Below, one piece after another: positions 18,744-28,285 of a stretch of DNA of 64,000 bases (position 1 is the stretch's first letter; each line of letters starts with the position of its first letter). The stretch is taken from NCBI GenBank assembly GCA_963825035.1, contig CAWGRT010000022.1:196117-260116 (forward strand), in the 5' to 3' direction. The DNA is from Candidatus Krumholzibacteriia bacterium (GTDB lineage: Bacteria; Krumholzibacteriota; Krumholzibacteriia; LZORAL124-64-63). Below the pieces are notes generated by a model. The model had not been told where the DNA came from. It searched no databases and saw only the letters and a list, made by a program, of their open reading frames with translations. The position numbers and the translations under genes were made by a program.

Positions 18744-18779
18744 CCGGCGCGACCCGCTTCAGCCTCCGGGTCGCGCCGG
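18744..18779 (+). promoter_or_regulatory. 13-bp GC hairpin in the sufC 5' leader
   Basis: CCGGCGCGACCCG - 10-nt loop - CGGGTCGCGCCGG, 39 nt upstream of the sufC ATG. No U tract follows. Confidence 0.45.
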
Positions 18780-18817
18780 AACTCAACGACGAACGATATC
18801 AAGGAGCTGACCGAGCC

Positions 18818-19600
18818 ATGAGCGACCGTCCCCAGCCCCTGTTCTCCTGCCGGGACGTGCGGGTCTTCATCCGCAACGGCGACGACGAGAAAGAGATCGT
18901 CAAGGGCGCCGACCTGGAGATCATGGCCGGCCAGAAGCACGCCCTGATGGGCCCCAACGGGTCCGGCAAGTCCACCCTGGCGGCCGCCCTCATGGGCCAC
19001 CCCGCCTACCGGGTCGAGGGCGAGATCTTCCTGAAGGGCCAGCCCGTCCACGACCTCGAACCCCACGAGCGCGCCCGCCTGGGCATGTTCCTGGGCTTCC
19101 AGTACCCGGTGGCGGTGCCCGGCGTCTCGGTCGCCAACTTCCTGCGCGCCGCCATGGGCGCCCGCCGCGGCGAGGACGTGCCGGTGCGCGAGTTCCGGCA
19201 GCTGATGACCGCGGGGTTCGAGAGCCTGGGCGTCCCCAAGGACTTCGCCGGACGCTACCTGAACGAAGGCTTCAGCGGAGGCGAGAAGAAGCGCCTCGAG
19301 ATCCTGCAGATGCTCCTGCTGAAGCCCACCTTCGCCCTGCTGGACGAGACCGACAGCGGGCTGGACATCGACGCCCTGAAGGTCGTCAGCGAGGGCGTGA
19401 ACCTGGCCGGCAACGCCGACAACGCCATCCTGCTGGTGACCCACTACCAGCGCATCCTGCAGTACGTGAAGCCCGACGTGGTCCACGTGTTCAAGGATGG
19501 GCGCATCGTGCGCACGGGCGGCCCCGAACTGGCGGTCGAACTGGAAGCGCGCGGTTACGACTGGATCGTCGGCGAGCCTTCGGCCGCCGCGAGGAGCTGA
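18818..19600 (+). CDS. sufC: Fe-S cluster assembly ATPase SufC
   Basis: AAGGAG RBS, Walker A GPNGSGKST, ABC signature FSGGEKKR and Walker B LLDETDSGLD. Confidence 0.95.
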   Translation: MSDRPQPLFSCRDVRVFIRNGDDEKEIVKGADLEIMAGQKHALMGPNGSGKSTLAAALMGHPAYRVEGEIFLKGQPVHDLEPHERARLGMFLGFQYPVAVPGVSVANFLRAAMGARRGEDVPVREFRQLMTAGFESLGVPKDFAGRYLNEGFSGGEKKRLEILQMLLLKPTFALLDETDSGLDIDALKVVSEGVNLAGNADNAILLVTHYQRILQYVKPDVVHVFKDGRIVRTGGPELAVELEARGYDWIVGEPSAAARS

Positions 19601-19606
19601 TAGATC

Positions 19607-21022
19607 ATGAGCACCAGCCGCATCGAGGATCTCAATCTCGACTACCAGGCGAAGTACGGCTTCGCCGACCCTGAAGAGTACCTCATGAAGGCCCCCAAGG
19701 GCCTGAGTCACGAGGTCGTGGAGATGATCTCGCGGTACAAGAACGAGCCCGACTGGATGCGCGAGTACCGGCACAAGGCCCTGGACATCTTCGAGAGCAA
19801 GCCCATGCCCCGCTGGGCCAACAGCGAGCTGCTGGATGCCATCGACTTCGCCGACATCCACTACTACCTGAAGTCCTCGGCCGGCTCGGCCAACGACTGG
19901 GACGACGTGCCCGAGAACATCAAGAACACCTTCGACCGCCTGGGCATCCCCGAGGCCGAGCAGAAGTTCCTGGCCGGGGTGACCGCCCAGTACGAGTCCG
20001 AGGTGGTCTACCACAGCATGCACGAGGCCGTCGCCAAGCAGGGCGTCCTGTTCACGGACATGGACACGGCCCTGCGCGAGCATCCGGAGATCGTCAAGAA
20101 GTACTGGGCCACGGTGATCCCCGCCCAGGACAACAAGTTCTCCGCGCTCAACAGCGCGGTGTGGTCGGGCGGTTCGTTCATCTACGTGCCCAAGAACACC
20201 AAGGTGGAGATCCCCCTGCAGGCCTACTTCCGGATCAACGCCGAGAACATGGGCCAGTTCGAGCGCACCCTGATCATCGCGGACGAGGGCAGCTCGGTGC
20301 ACTACATCGAGGGCTGCACGGCGCCGGTCTACTCCACCAACAGCCTGCACTCGGCGGTGGTCGAACTGGTGGCGCTCAAGGGCGCGCGCATCCGCTACAC
20401 GACCATCCAGAACTGGTCCAACAACATCTACAACCTGGTGACCAAGCGCGCCCACGCCCACGAGGACGCGGTGGTCGAGTGGGTCGACGGCAACATCGGC
20501 TCGAAGCTGACCATGAAGTACCCGGCGGTCTACCTGCTGGGCGAACGGGCCCACGGCGAGGTCCTGTCCATCGCCTACGCGGGCGACGGCCAGCACCAGG
20601 ACGCCGGCGCCAAGATGGTGCACGCGGCGGCCAACACCTCGAGCCGCATCATCAGCAAGTCCATCTCCAAGGGCACCGGGCGCACCAGCTACCGGGGCCT
20701 GGTGAAGGTGCTCAAGGGCAAGGACCACTGCCGCTCCAACGTGGAGTGCGACGCCCTGCTGATCGGCGACCAGGCCCGCAGCGACACCTTCCCCACCATG
20801 GAGATCGGCGAGCAGGACGTGCGCATGGAACACGAGGCGCGCGTCTCGAAACTGGCGGACGAGCAGCTGTTCTACCTGCAGAGCCGCGGCATCGATCCGG
20901 AGCAGGCGCGCCTGATGATCGTCAACGGCTTCATCGAGCCGTTCGTGCGCGAGCTGCCCATGGAGTACGCGGTCGAGCTGAACCGGCTGATCGCCCTGGA
21001 GATGGAGGGTTCCGTTGGTTGA
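19607..21022 (+). CDS. sufB: Fe-S cluster assembly scaffold SufB
   Basis: Intact 471 aa ORF that is highly SufB-like throughout ([21 protein letters not shown]...). Confidence 0.95.
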   Translation: MSTSRIEDLNLDYQAKYGFADPEEYLMKAPKGLSHEVVEMISRYKNEPDWMREYRHKALDIFESKPMPRWANSELLDAIDFADIHYYLKSSAGSANDWDDVPENIKNTFDRLGIPEAEQKFLAGVTAQYESEVVYHSMHEAVAKQGVLFTDMDTALREHPEIVKKYWATVIPAQDNKFSALNSAVWSGGSFIYVPKNTKVEIPLQAYFRINAENMGQFERTLIIADEGSSVHYIEGCTAPVYSTNSLHSAVVELVALKGARIRYTTIQNWSNNIYNLVTKRAHAHEDAVVEWVDGNIGSKLTMKYPAVYLLGERAHGEVLSIAYAGDGQHQDAGAKMVHAAANTSSRIISKSISKGTGRTSYRGLVKVLKGKDHCRSNVECDALLIGDQARSDTFPTMEIGEQDVRMEHEARVSKLADEQLFYLQSRGIDPEQARLMIVNGFIEPFVRELPMEYAVELNRLIALEMEGSVG

Positions 21023-22301
21023 TCTGGCGCTCATGAGCATCGAAGGCAAGCCCGCCCTGGACACCGGGGACGTCCGCCGGCTGTCGGCCGAGCTGGGCGA
21101 GAGTCCCGCCGGCCTGGCCTGGCGCCTGGCGGCGCTGGATGACTACCGCGGCATGCCCCTGCCGTCCCGGGTGCGCCACCTGTGGCGCTACACCGACCCC
21201 ATGCACCTGATGCCGGGCGAGGCCCTGCCGGCGTCCATGCCGCCGCGCGATCTGACCGCCTGCGAGCTGCCGACGGTCGAGCCGGCGGTGCTGCTGGTGC
21301 CCGGCCGCGCGCCCGAACTGAACGAGGCGGCCCGCACCGCGGGCCTGCACATCGCCCCCCTGCTGCACGACGACGGGGACGCGGAGCTGCTCGGGACGGC
21401 GTCCCCCAGCGCCGCAGGCTTCTTCGCGTCCCTGAACTCGGCCGCCTGGAACGCCGGCGTGGCCGTCTTCGTGCCCGCGGGCAAGGCGCTGGAGCAGCCC
21501 CTGCGGGTGCTGGTGCCGGCGTTCGCCGAGACCACCCTGCCCCGGGTGCTGGTGGTCGCCGGCCGCGGCGCCGAGGTGACCGTGGTCGAGGAGCACTTCG
21601 ACGGCCGCGAGGGCCATCGCGTGATCGGCGTGACCGAACTGCTGGTGGGCGAGGGCGCCCACGTGCGCCACGTGCTGGTGGAACGCTGGGAAGCCGGCGT
21701 CCACGGGTTCCTGGCGGTCAAGGCGCGCGTCGAGCGGGACGGCTCCTACCTGGGCGTGAACGCCTCCCTGGGCGGGGACCGCGTCAAGCTGGAGCTGGGT
21801 GCCGACCTGGTGGGCCGCGGGGCCGGCAGCGAGCTGGTCGGCGTGGTGCTCGGCGGCGGCACGCAGCGCTTCGACCACCACACGAGCCACCGCCACGACG
21901 CCCCGGACACCACCAGCAACATCGACTTCAAGGTGGCCCTGACCGAGAAGTCGCGCTCGTCCTACACGGGACTGATCCGCATCGAGGAGCACGCGGTCCG
22001 CAGCGAGGCCTTCCAGGAGAACCGCAACCTGCTGCTCTCGGACGGCGCCCGCGCCGACACGATCCCCGAGCTGGAGATCCTCACCGACGACGTGTCCTGC
22101 AGCCACGGCGCCACCGCCGCGCCCATCGACCCCGAGCAGATCTTCTACCTGCAGAGCCGGGGCATCGCCCGCGACGAGGCCGTGCGCCTGGTGGTGCGCG
22201 GGTTCGTCGAGACCACCCTGACCCGGGTGCCGGCGTCGGTGCGCCAGGACCTCGAGTCCCTGGTCACCGCGCGCCTCTCCGTGCTCGGCGAGGGTGTGTG
22301 A
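21015..22301 (+). CDS. sufD: Fe-S cluster assembly protein SufD
   Basis: 428 aa SufB/D-family C-terminal beta-helix. TTG at 21015 lies 6 nt after GGAGGG and overlaps the sufB stop. An alternative ATG is at 21033. Confidence 0.85.
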   Translation: MVDLALMSIEGKPALDTGDVRRLSAELGESPAGLAWRLAALDDYRGMPLPSRVRHLWRYTDPMHLMPGEALPASMPPRDLTACELPTVEPAVLLVPGRAPELNEAARTAGLHIAPLLHDDGDAELLGTASPSAAGFFASLNSAAWNAGVAVFVPAGKALEQPLRVLVPAFAETTLPRVLVVAGRGAEVTVVEEHFDGREGHRVIGVTELLVGEGAHVRHVLVERWEAGVHGFLAVKARVERDGSYLGVNASLGGDRVKLELGADLVGRGAGSELVGVVLGGGTQRFDHHTSHRHDAPDTTSNIDFKVALTEKSRSSYTGLIRIEEHAVRSEAFQENRNLLLSDGARADTIPELEILTDDVSCSHGATAAPIDPEQIFYLQSRGIARDEAVRLVVRGFVETTLTRVPASVRQDLESLVTARLSVLGEGV

Positions 22302-23551
22302 TGGATCCCCGGTACGCAGCCGCGGACCGGGCGGCGGCCGAGGGGCTGCTGCGGGAGCGCTTTCCCATCCTCGGGCGGACGGTCAACGGCCGCCCGCTGG
22401 TCTATCTCGATTCGGCCGCCACCACCCAGAAGCCGGATGCGGTGATCGACGCCGAGGCCGACTACTACCGCCGCTCCAACGCCAACGTCCACCGCGGCCT
22501 GCACACCCTGGGCGACGAGGCCACGCACCTGTACGAGGGCTGCCGCGCGGCGGTGGCCGACTGGCTGGCGGTCGCGCCGGCGCAGGTGACGATCCAGCGC
22601 TCGGCCACCGCGGCCATCAACCTGGTGGCCCGGGGCTGGGAACAGAACCTGGCCGAGGGCGACGCGATCCTGGTGACCGAGATGGAGCACCACGCCAACT
22701 TCGTGCCCTGGCAGATGCTGGCGGCCAGGAAGAAGCTGGAACTGCGCGTGCTGCCGGTGACCGACGGCGGCGAACTGGACCTGGCCCGCCTGGACGACCT
22801 GCTGGACGCCAAGGTCAAGGTCGTGGCGGTGAACCACATCTCCAACGTGCTGGGCACGGTCAACCCGGTGGCGCGGATCTGCGCCCGCGCCCGCGACCTG
22901 GGCGCGGTCAGCCTGGTGGACGCCGCCCAGTCGGTGGGCCACCGCCCCCTGACCTTCGCCGACACCGGCGCCGACCTGATGGTCTTCAGCGCCCACAAAT
23001 GCTACGGCCCCATGGGCCTGGGCTTCCTGGTGGGCCGCCCCGAGACGCTGGCCCGGCTCGAGCCCATGGAGGGCGGCGGCGAGATGATCGAGTGGGTGCG
23101 CCTGGAGGGCACCACCTGGGCCGAGGTGCCCCACCGCTTCGAGGCGGGCACCCCCAACGTGGGGGCGGCGGCGGCCTTCCCCGCGGCCATCGCCCTGCTC
23201 CGGGAGATCGGGCTGGCGAACGTGCGGGCCCACGAGGAGGACCTGACCGGCTACGCCCTGGACACACTGGCGGCCATCGACGGTCTGGTTATCTTCGGTC
23301 CCGGGGACCCCGCGCGCCGCGGCGGCCTGGTGAGCTTCCACGACCCGCAGGTCCACCCCCACGACCTGAGCACGATCCTCGACCAGCTGGGGATCGCCGT
23401 CAGGGCGGGCCACCATTGCGCCCAGCCCCTGCACCGGCGGCTCGGCGTGGTCGCGACGACCCGGGCCTCCTTCGGCGTCTACACCACGCGGGGGGAGATC
23501 GACGCCCTGGCCGCCGGCATCCTGGAAGCCCGGAAGGTGTTCGCGCTGTGA
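22301..23551 (+). CDS. sufS: Cysteine desulfurase SufS (class V aminotransferase)
   Basis: The ATG overlaps the sufD stop (TGATG). Motifs YLDSAATTQKP, SAHKCYGP (PLP lysine) and RAGHHCAQP (active-site Cys) are present. Confidence 0.93.
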   Translation: MDPRYAAADRAAAEGLLRERFPILGRTVNGRPLVYLDSAATTQKPDAVIDAEADYYRRSNANVHRGLHTLGDEATHLYEGCRAAVADWLAVAPAQVTIQRSATAAINLVARGWEQNLAEGDAILVTEMEHHANFVPWQMLAARKKLELRVLPVTDGGELDLARLDDLLDAKVKVVAVNHISNVLGTVNPVARICARARDLGAVSLVDAAQSVGHRPLTFADTGADLMVFSAHKCYGPMGLGFLVGRPETLARLEPMEGGGEMIEWVRLEGTTWAEVPHRFEAGTPNVGAAAAFPAAIALLREIGLANVRAHEEDLTGYALDTLAAIDGLVIFGPGDPARRGGLVSFHDPQVHPHDLSTILDQLGIAVRAGHHCAQPLHRRLGVVATTRASFGVYTTRGEIDALAAGILEARKVFAL

Positions 23552-24069
23552 GCCTCGGACCCATCGACGACCTTTACCGCGAGGTGATCCTCGACCACCA
23601 TCGCCACCCCCGCGGCCGCGAGCCGCTGGCCGACCCGGACGTGACCGCCGAGGGGCGCAACCCCTCGTGCGGCGACGAGGTCACCCTGCAGCTCAACTTC
23701 GACGGCGACCGCATCAGCGCCGTGGGCGTGGACGCCCGCGGCTGCGCCATCAGCACCAGCAGCGGCTCCATGCTGGCCGACCTCATCGAGGGCATGACCG
23801 TCGACGAGGCCGAGCAGGTGGCCGAGTCCTTCCGCGAGGTGCTGCACGGCGGCGAGTTCCCCGCCGACGTGGACCTGGGCGACCTGGAGGCCCTGCAGGG
23901 GGTGCAGAAGTTCCCGGTGCGCGTCAAGTGCGCCATCCTGCCCTGGGTGACCATGCTCGACGCCATCATCGCCCACAAGCGGGGGCGCGCGCCGCGGCCG
24001 GTCTCCACCGAGGGCGTGCGCGACGACGGCGCCCCCATGGACGTGAACGTCAAGGAGAGGGATCGATGA
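23548..24069 (+). CDS. sufU: SUF-type Fe-S scaffold/sulfur acceptor SufU (NifU N-terminal family)
   Basis: GTGA overlap with sufS. Motifs NPSCGDE, GCAISTSS and KCAILPW are present. Confidence 0.88.
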   Translation: MSLGPIDDLYREVILDHHRHPRGREPLADPDVTAEGRNPSCGDEVTLQLNFDGDRISAVGVDARGCAISTSSGSMLADLIEGMTVDEAEQVAESFREVLHGGEFPADVDLGDLEALQGVQKFPVRVKCAILPWVTMLDAIIAHKRGRAPRPVSTEGVRDDGAPMDVNVKERDR

Positions 24070-24386
24070 ACGAGGGCAAGCCGACCATGAACGACGTGAT
24101 GGACTACCTCAAGCCGGTCATCGACCCGGAGCTGAACATCTCCATCGTCGATCTGGGCCTGGTGCGCGGCATCACCATCGACGACGCCGGCAAGGTGGAC
24201 ATCGACCTGACCCTGACCAGCCCCATGTGCCCCATGGGGCCGCAGATCATGGCCGCGACCACCCGCGCGGCCAAGCAGACCCCGGGCGTGAGCGAAGCCC
24301 ACGTCGACCTGGTCTTCTCCCCGCCTTGGGATCCGCGGACGGACGCCACGGAGGACGGCAAGGCGGCTCTCGGCATCTGGGACTGA
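24066..24386 (+). CDS. sufT: DUF59/MIP18-family Fe-S assembly protein (SufT-like)
   Basis: ATGA overlap with sufU. 106 aa with the DPELNISIVDLGLV and TSPMCP motifs. Confidence 0.8.
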   Translation: MNEGKPTMNDVMDYLKPVIDPELNISIVDLGLVRGITIDDAGKVDIDLTLTSPMCPMGPQIMAATTRAAKQTPGVSEAHVDLVFSPPWDPRTDATEDGKAALGIWD

Positions 24387-24407
24387 CAGCAGCGCGGAGG
24401 GAAGACC

Positions 24408-24440
24408 GGAAGGGGCGCGGCCGGAGGCCGCGCCCCTTCC
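24408..24440. terminator. Bidirectional terminator hairpin between convergent sufT and ppk2
   Basis: 14-bp stem GGAAGGGGCGCGGC / GCCGCGCCCCTTCC with a short loop. Confidence 0.65.
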
Positions 24441-24459
24441 GCGTTCATGTCGGCGGCGT

Positions 24460-25362
24460 TCAGCCCTCGTCCTCGAGCAGCCCCCGCGCCCGGTCCAGCT
24501 CGTCCGCGCGCTCCGGGCCCGCCTCCGGGTAGTGCAGGTCCAGCCGCTCCAGCGCCTCCACCACGGCGCCCGCCACCACCAGCCGCGTGTACCACTTGTG
24601 ATCCGCCGGCACCACGTACCAGGGGGCGTGCTCGGTGGCGGTGCGCCGGATCATCTCCTCGTAGGCCGCCTGGTACGCGTCCCAGGAGGCGCGCTCGCGC
24701 ACGTCGGCGCTGGAGAACTTCCAGTGCTTGTCGGGATCGTCCAGCCGGGCGAGGAAGCGTTCCTTCTGCTCCTCCCGCGACACGTTGAGGAAGAACTTCA
24801 GGACGAGGCAGCCGTTGCGGGCCAGGTAGCGCTCGATGGCCACCATGTCCTCGCAGCGCTCGGCCCAGATGCGGTCGGTGACCAGCTCCGGCGGCAGCTT
24901 CTGCTGCGCCAGCAGGGCCTCGTGCACCCGGACCACCAGCACCTCCTCGTAGTAGCTGCGGTTGAAGATGCCGATGCGCCCCCGCTCGGGCAGGTGCTTC
25001 AGGCAGCGCCACAGGTAGTCGTGGTCCAGCTCCTCGGCCGACGGTGCCTTGAACGAGACCACCTGCACGCCCTGGGGATTGATGCCCGACATCACGTGCT
25101 TGATGGTGCCGTCCTTGCCGGCGGCGTCCAGGGCCTGGAAGACCAGCAGCACGCTCCAGCGGTCCTGGGCGTACAGCTTCGCCTGCTGGTCGGCCAGCCG
25201 GGCGATGCCGTGCTTCAGGTCGCCCTTGGCCTTCTTCTTGTCGCCGGGGTCGAAGTCGCCGGTGTCACCGGGGTCGTGGTCGGCGAGGCGGAAGCCCGCA
25301 CCGCCGGTCACGCGGTACGGGGCGACGAGGCGGGTGAGCTGGTCACGATCGAAACTGGGCAT
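24460..25362 (-). CDS. Polyphosphate kinase 2 family protein (polyphosphate:nucleotide phosphotransferase)
   Basis: Intact 300 aa ORF. PPK2 motifs are FQALDAAGKDGTIKHV (Walker A-like), FNRSYYEEV and the lid region. Confidence 0.9.
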   Translation of the reverse strand: MPSFDRDQLTRLVAPYRVTGGAGFRLADHDPGDTGDFDPGDKKKAKGDLKHGIARLADQQAKLYAQDRWSVLLVFQALDAAGKDGTIKHVMSGINPQGVQVVSFKAPSAEELDHDYLWRCLKHLPERGRIGIFNRSYYEEVLVVRVHEALLAQQKLPPELVTDRIWAERCEDMVAIERYLARNGCLVLKFFLNVSREEQKERFLARLDDPDKHWKFSSADVRERASWDAYQAAYEEMIRRTATEHAPWYVVPADHKWYTRLVVAGAVVEALERLDLHYPEAGPERADELDRARGLLEDEG

Positions 25363-25430
25363 GGGCGTCCTCCCGGGGCATGGACCGAAGATAGCACCAT
25401 CCGGTCCGACCGGCAGGACGCCCCCCTCGC

Positions 25431-25994
25431 TCAGTCGTCGTCGCCCTTCTCCAGGGCCTGCAGCAGGCCGCTGCCCTGGACCGCGGGCGCCGCGACGCCC
25501 GGCTCGGCGGGCATCAGGGCGTGCACCCCGAGGCCGTGGACCAGCCGCCCGCCCTGGTGGGCGGTGTTGGCCAGCAGGACGGACCCGAACAGGTAGCAGA
25601 CCAGGTAGGCCCCGCCGGCCAACACGGTGATGCGGCGGCCGGGCGTGCGCTTCAGAAGCGCCGGCCCCAGCAGCAGCACCGCGAAGGTCAGGGTCAGCAG
25701 GGTGAACACGGTGCGGGTGGTTTCGGCCAGCTCCTCGTGCTGCTCGAGGGCCGCGCGGACGGCCGGCGTCCGGGTGGCCAGCTCGCCGGCGGCCTCGCCC
25801 GTGCCCACGGCCACCCAGGCGGCCACGGTGCCCAGGACCATCACCGCCAGGGCCGCGTTCAGGAAACCGCGGCCGGCGCGGGGCAGGGCCAGGCCCATCA
25901 GCACCAGCAGCGGCGCGGTCAGCAGCAGGGCGACGGGGAAGTGGACCACCAGCGGGTGCAGGGCGTCCCAGGTCGGAAGCGGCGGCAGGCTCAT
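25431..25994 (-). CDS. DUF2231-family integral membrane protein
   Basis: It has the HPLVVHFPVALL signature, about 4 TM helices and conserved His residues. ATG at 25994 is preferred, 9 nt after AAGGAG. Confidence 0.8.
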   Translation of the reverse strand: MSLPPLPTWDALHPLVVHFPVALLLTAPLLVLMGLALPRAGRGFLNAALAVMVLGTVAAWVAVGTGEAAGELATRTPAVRAALEQHEELAETTRTVFTLLTLTFAVLLLGPALLKRTPGRRITVLAGGAYLVCYLFGSVLLANTAHQGGRLVHGLGVHALMPAEPGVAAPAVQGSGLLQALEKGDDD

Positions 25995-26080
25995 GATCAT
26001 GGTCTCCTTGGTTTCGCGGATGATGGGCGCCGGCGGTCGCACGGGGGACACGACCGCCGGCTCTCAGCGGACATGGGCTG

Positions 26081-26710
26081 TCAGCTGATCTCGATGAACT
26101 TCTCGTTCTCGGTGTAGCAGACCGGGCACTTGCTGCCGTCGAGGCCCAGCACGGTGCGGCCGCAGGTGGGGCAGACGTACAGGGTCAGGGCCTTGCCGGT
26201 CATCTTGTCCAGGGAGGCCAGGGCGTCGGTGTAGAGCTGGGCGTGGCCGGCCTCGGCCTCGGCGGCGAAGTTGAAGGAGCGCACCGCGTCCTTCACGCCC
26301 TCGGCCTTGGCCGCGGCGATGAACTCGGGATACATGGTGTCCCGCTCGTAGGACTCGCCCTCGATGGCGGCCTTCAGGTTCTCGCCGGTGGTCTTCACCG
26401 TGGGCGTGACCACGTCGGCCTTGGGCTCGGCGCCCAGGGCGCGGATGACCTCGGCGTGGTTCTCGGCGTGGATGCCCTCGGCCCGGGCCGCCGCGCGGAA
26501 GATGCTGGCCGCCTTGGTGTAGCCCTCGGCGTCGGCCTTCACGGCGAAGGCGGTGTAGCGGGCGTGGGCGTTGGACTCGCCGTTGAAGGCCTCCTGCAGG
26601 TTGGCCAGGGTCTTGCCCTCGGCGCGGGCGGTGGCCACGGTCGGGCCGATCAGGGTCAGGGCGGCCAGGGCCGCGAAGACGAGGGCGGTCAGGGTCCGGG
26701 TCGTGCGCAT
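26081..26710 (-). CDS. rbr: Rubrerythrin with N-terminal Sec-type signal peptide
   Basis: ATG at 26710 with a GGAGGA RBS and signal peptide MRTTRTLTALVFAALAALTLIGPTVATARA. It has a ferritin-like diiron domain (ExxH pairs) and a C-terminal rubredoxin-like CPTC...CPVC. Confidence 0.88.
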   Translation of the reverse strand: MRTTRTLTALVFAALAALTLIGPTVATARAEGKTLANLQEAFNGESNAHARYTAFAVKADAEGYTKAASIFRAAARAEGIHAENHAEVIRALGAEPKADVVTPTVKTTGENLKAAIEGESYERDTMYPEFIAAAKAEGVKDAVRSFNFAAEAEAGHAQLYTDALASLDKMTGKALTLYVCPTCGRTVLGLDGSKCPVCYTENEKFIEIS

Positions 26711-26800
26711 GGTGGTGTCCTCCGGGTCGGGGTTCGTGCCTGGTCCGGGCCCGCGGCGCCGTCGGGGCGGCGGGCCGATCTTTCCGTTCACGTATCCCCT

Positions 26801-26816
26801 CGCAGGCGGCGTGCCA
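26801..26816 (-). promoter_or_regulatory. Sigma-54 promoter candidate (TGGCACG-N4-CTGCG)
   Basis: The minus strand reads TTGGCACGCCGCCTGCG. The -24 element is perfect and the -12 GC is at the canonical spacing. It lies about 90 nt upstream of the rubrerythrin ATG and directly downstream of a sigma-54 activator gene. Confidence 0.6.
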
Positions 26817-26926
26817 AACGACAACTCGTTGTTTATAAACTGTTTATCTTAAATTTGGACTGCGCAACTCTTGCATACCACCGCGCAGGCGTGAAAGCCT
26901 TGCGCACCGGCCGGGCAGCCGCACGG

Positions 26927-28285
26927 TCACTCGCAGCGGTAGCGCTTGAGCTTGTAGATGAGGGTGCGGCGGCTGATGCCCAGCAGCTCGGCGGCGTGGG
27001 TGCGGTTGCCGCCTGTCTGCTCGAGGGCGCGCTCGATGGTCTCGCGCTCCAGGCGATCCAGGGGCACCACCGGCTCGGACGCGGCGCCGTTGGCGGCGGC
27101 CGCCGGCGCCGACGCCGTTGCGGCCCCGCCTGCGCCCCGCCGCACCGCCGGCGGCAGGTGCTCGGGCAGGATGACGTCGGTGCGGGCCAGCAGCCGCGCC
27201 CGCTCGACGGCGTTGGCCAGCTCGCGCACGTTGCCGGGCCAGGGGTAGTTCTGCAGGGCGCGCGCCGCGGCCGGCGACAGGCGCTTGGCCTGCCCCGTCC
27301 CCTGCAGGAAGGCGCGGGCCAGGGGCAGCACGTCCTCGGGGCGTTCGCGCAGGGGCGGCAGCTCCAGGGCGATGACGTTCAGGCGATGGAACAGGTCCTC
27401 GCGGAAGCGCCCCTCGCGCACGGCCGCCCCCAGGTCGCGGTTGGTGGCCGCCACCAGGCGCACATCCACCTGCTGTTCGCCCGTGCCGCCGACCGGCGTG
27501 AAGCGTCCGGTCTCCAGCACCCGCAACAGGGCCGGCTGCAGTTCCAGGGGCATGTCCCCGATCTCGTCCAGGAAGAGGGTGCCGCCGTCGGCCTCGCCGA
27601 AGCGGCCCACCCGCCGGCCGGTGGCGCCGGTGAACGAGCCCGCCTCGTGGCCGAACAACTCGCTGGCGATGAGACTCTCCGGCAGGGCGGCGCAGTTGAC
27701 CGCCACCAGGGGCTTGCGGGCCCGCCGGCTGTGGCGGTGGAGGAACTGGGCCAGCACCTCCTTGCCGCTGCCGCTCTCGCCGGTCAGCAGCACGGTGGCC
27801 TCGCTGGGCGCCACCCGCCAGGCATCGTGGAGCACGGCGCGCAGGGCCGGGCTCTCGGCCACGATGCCCGTCAGGGCCTCGGCGGGCAGGCCGTCGGCGA
27901 TCGTCTCGCCCCGGAACCCGACGATGTCGCCGCAGGCGGCCACCAGCTCGTCCAGGTCCACGGGTTTGCCCAGGTAGTCCACCGCGCCCAGCTTGAGGGC
28001 CGTCACGGCCTCGGGCACGTTGGGGAAGGCGGTGACCAGGAGGAAGGGCAGGTCAGGGCAGCAGTCCCGGGCCTGGCGCAGCAGCTCCAGGCCGTCCACG
28101 CCGGGCATGCGCACGTCGCTGACCACCAGGGCCGGGCGCTCGCGGCCCAGCATGACCAGGGCCACGCCGCCGTCGGGGGCCTCGACCACGTCGAAGCCGG
28201 CCTCGCCCAGGGTGGCGGCGTAGAGCCCGCGGTGGGCCGCGTCGTCGTCCACCACCAGCACGCGGGGGCCGGGTCGGGCGGTCAT
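26927..28285 (-). CDS. NtrC-family sigma-54-dependent response regulator (REC - AAA+ - HTH)
   Basis: REC domain (LVVDDD...SDVRMPG), GESGSGKE Walker A, GSFTGA loop and a C-terminal Fis-type HTH. Confidence 0.93.
   Translation of the reverse strand: MTARPGPRVLVVDDDAAHRGLYAATLGEAGFDVVEAPDGGVALVMLGRERPALVVSDVRMPGVDGLELLRQARDCCPDLPFLLVTAFPNVPEAVTALKLGAVDYLGKPVDLDELVAACGDIVGFRGETIADGLPAEALTGIVAESPALRAVLHDAWRVAPSEATVLLTGESGSGKEVLAQFLHRHSRRARKPLVAVNCAALPESLIASELFGHEAGSFTGATGRRVGRFGEADGGTLFLDEIGDMPLELQPALLRVLETGRFTPVGGTGEQQVDVRLVAATNRDLGAAVREGRFREDLFHRLNVIALELPPLRERPEDVLPLARAFLQGTGQAKRLSPAAARALQNYPWPGNVRELANAVERARLLARTDVILPEHLPPAVRRGAGGAATASAPAAAANGAASEPVVPLDRLERETIERALEQTGGNRTHAAELLGISRRTLIYKLKRYRCE

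Noticed and set aside
18602-21064. 820 aa ORF on the minus strand covering sufC and sufB
   Set aside because: It is antisense to two unmistakable, intact suf genes. The product is low-complexity and rich in Gly, Ala, Val, His, Gln and Leu, as expected from stop-poor antisense frames in 70% GC DNA.
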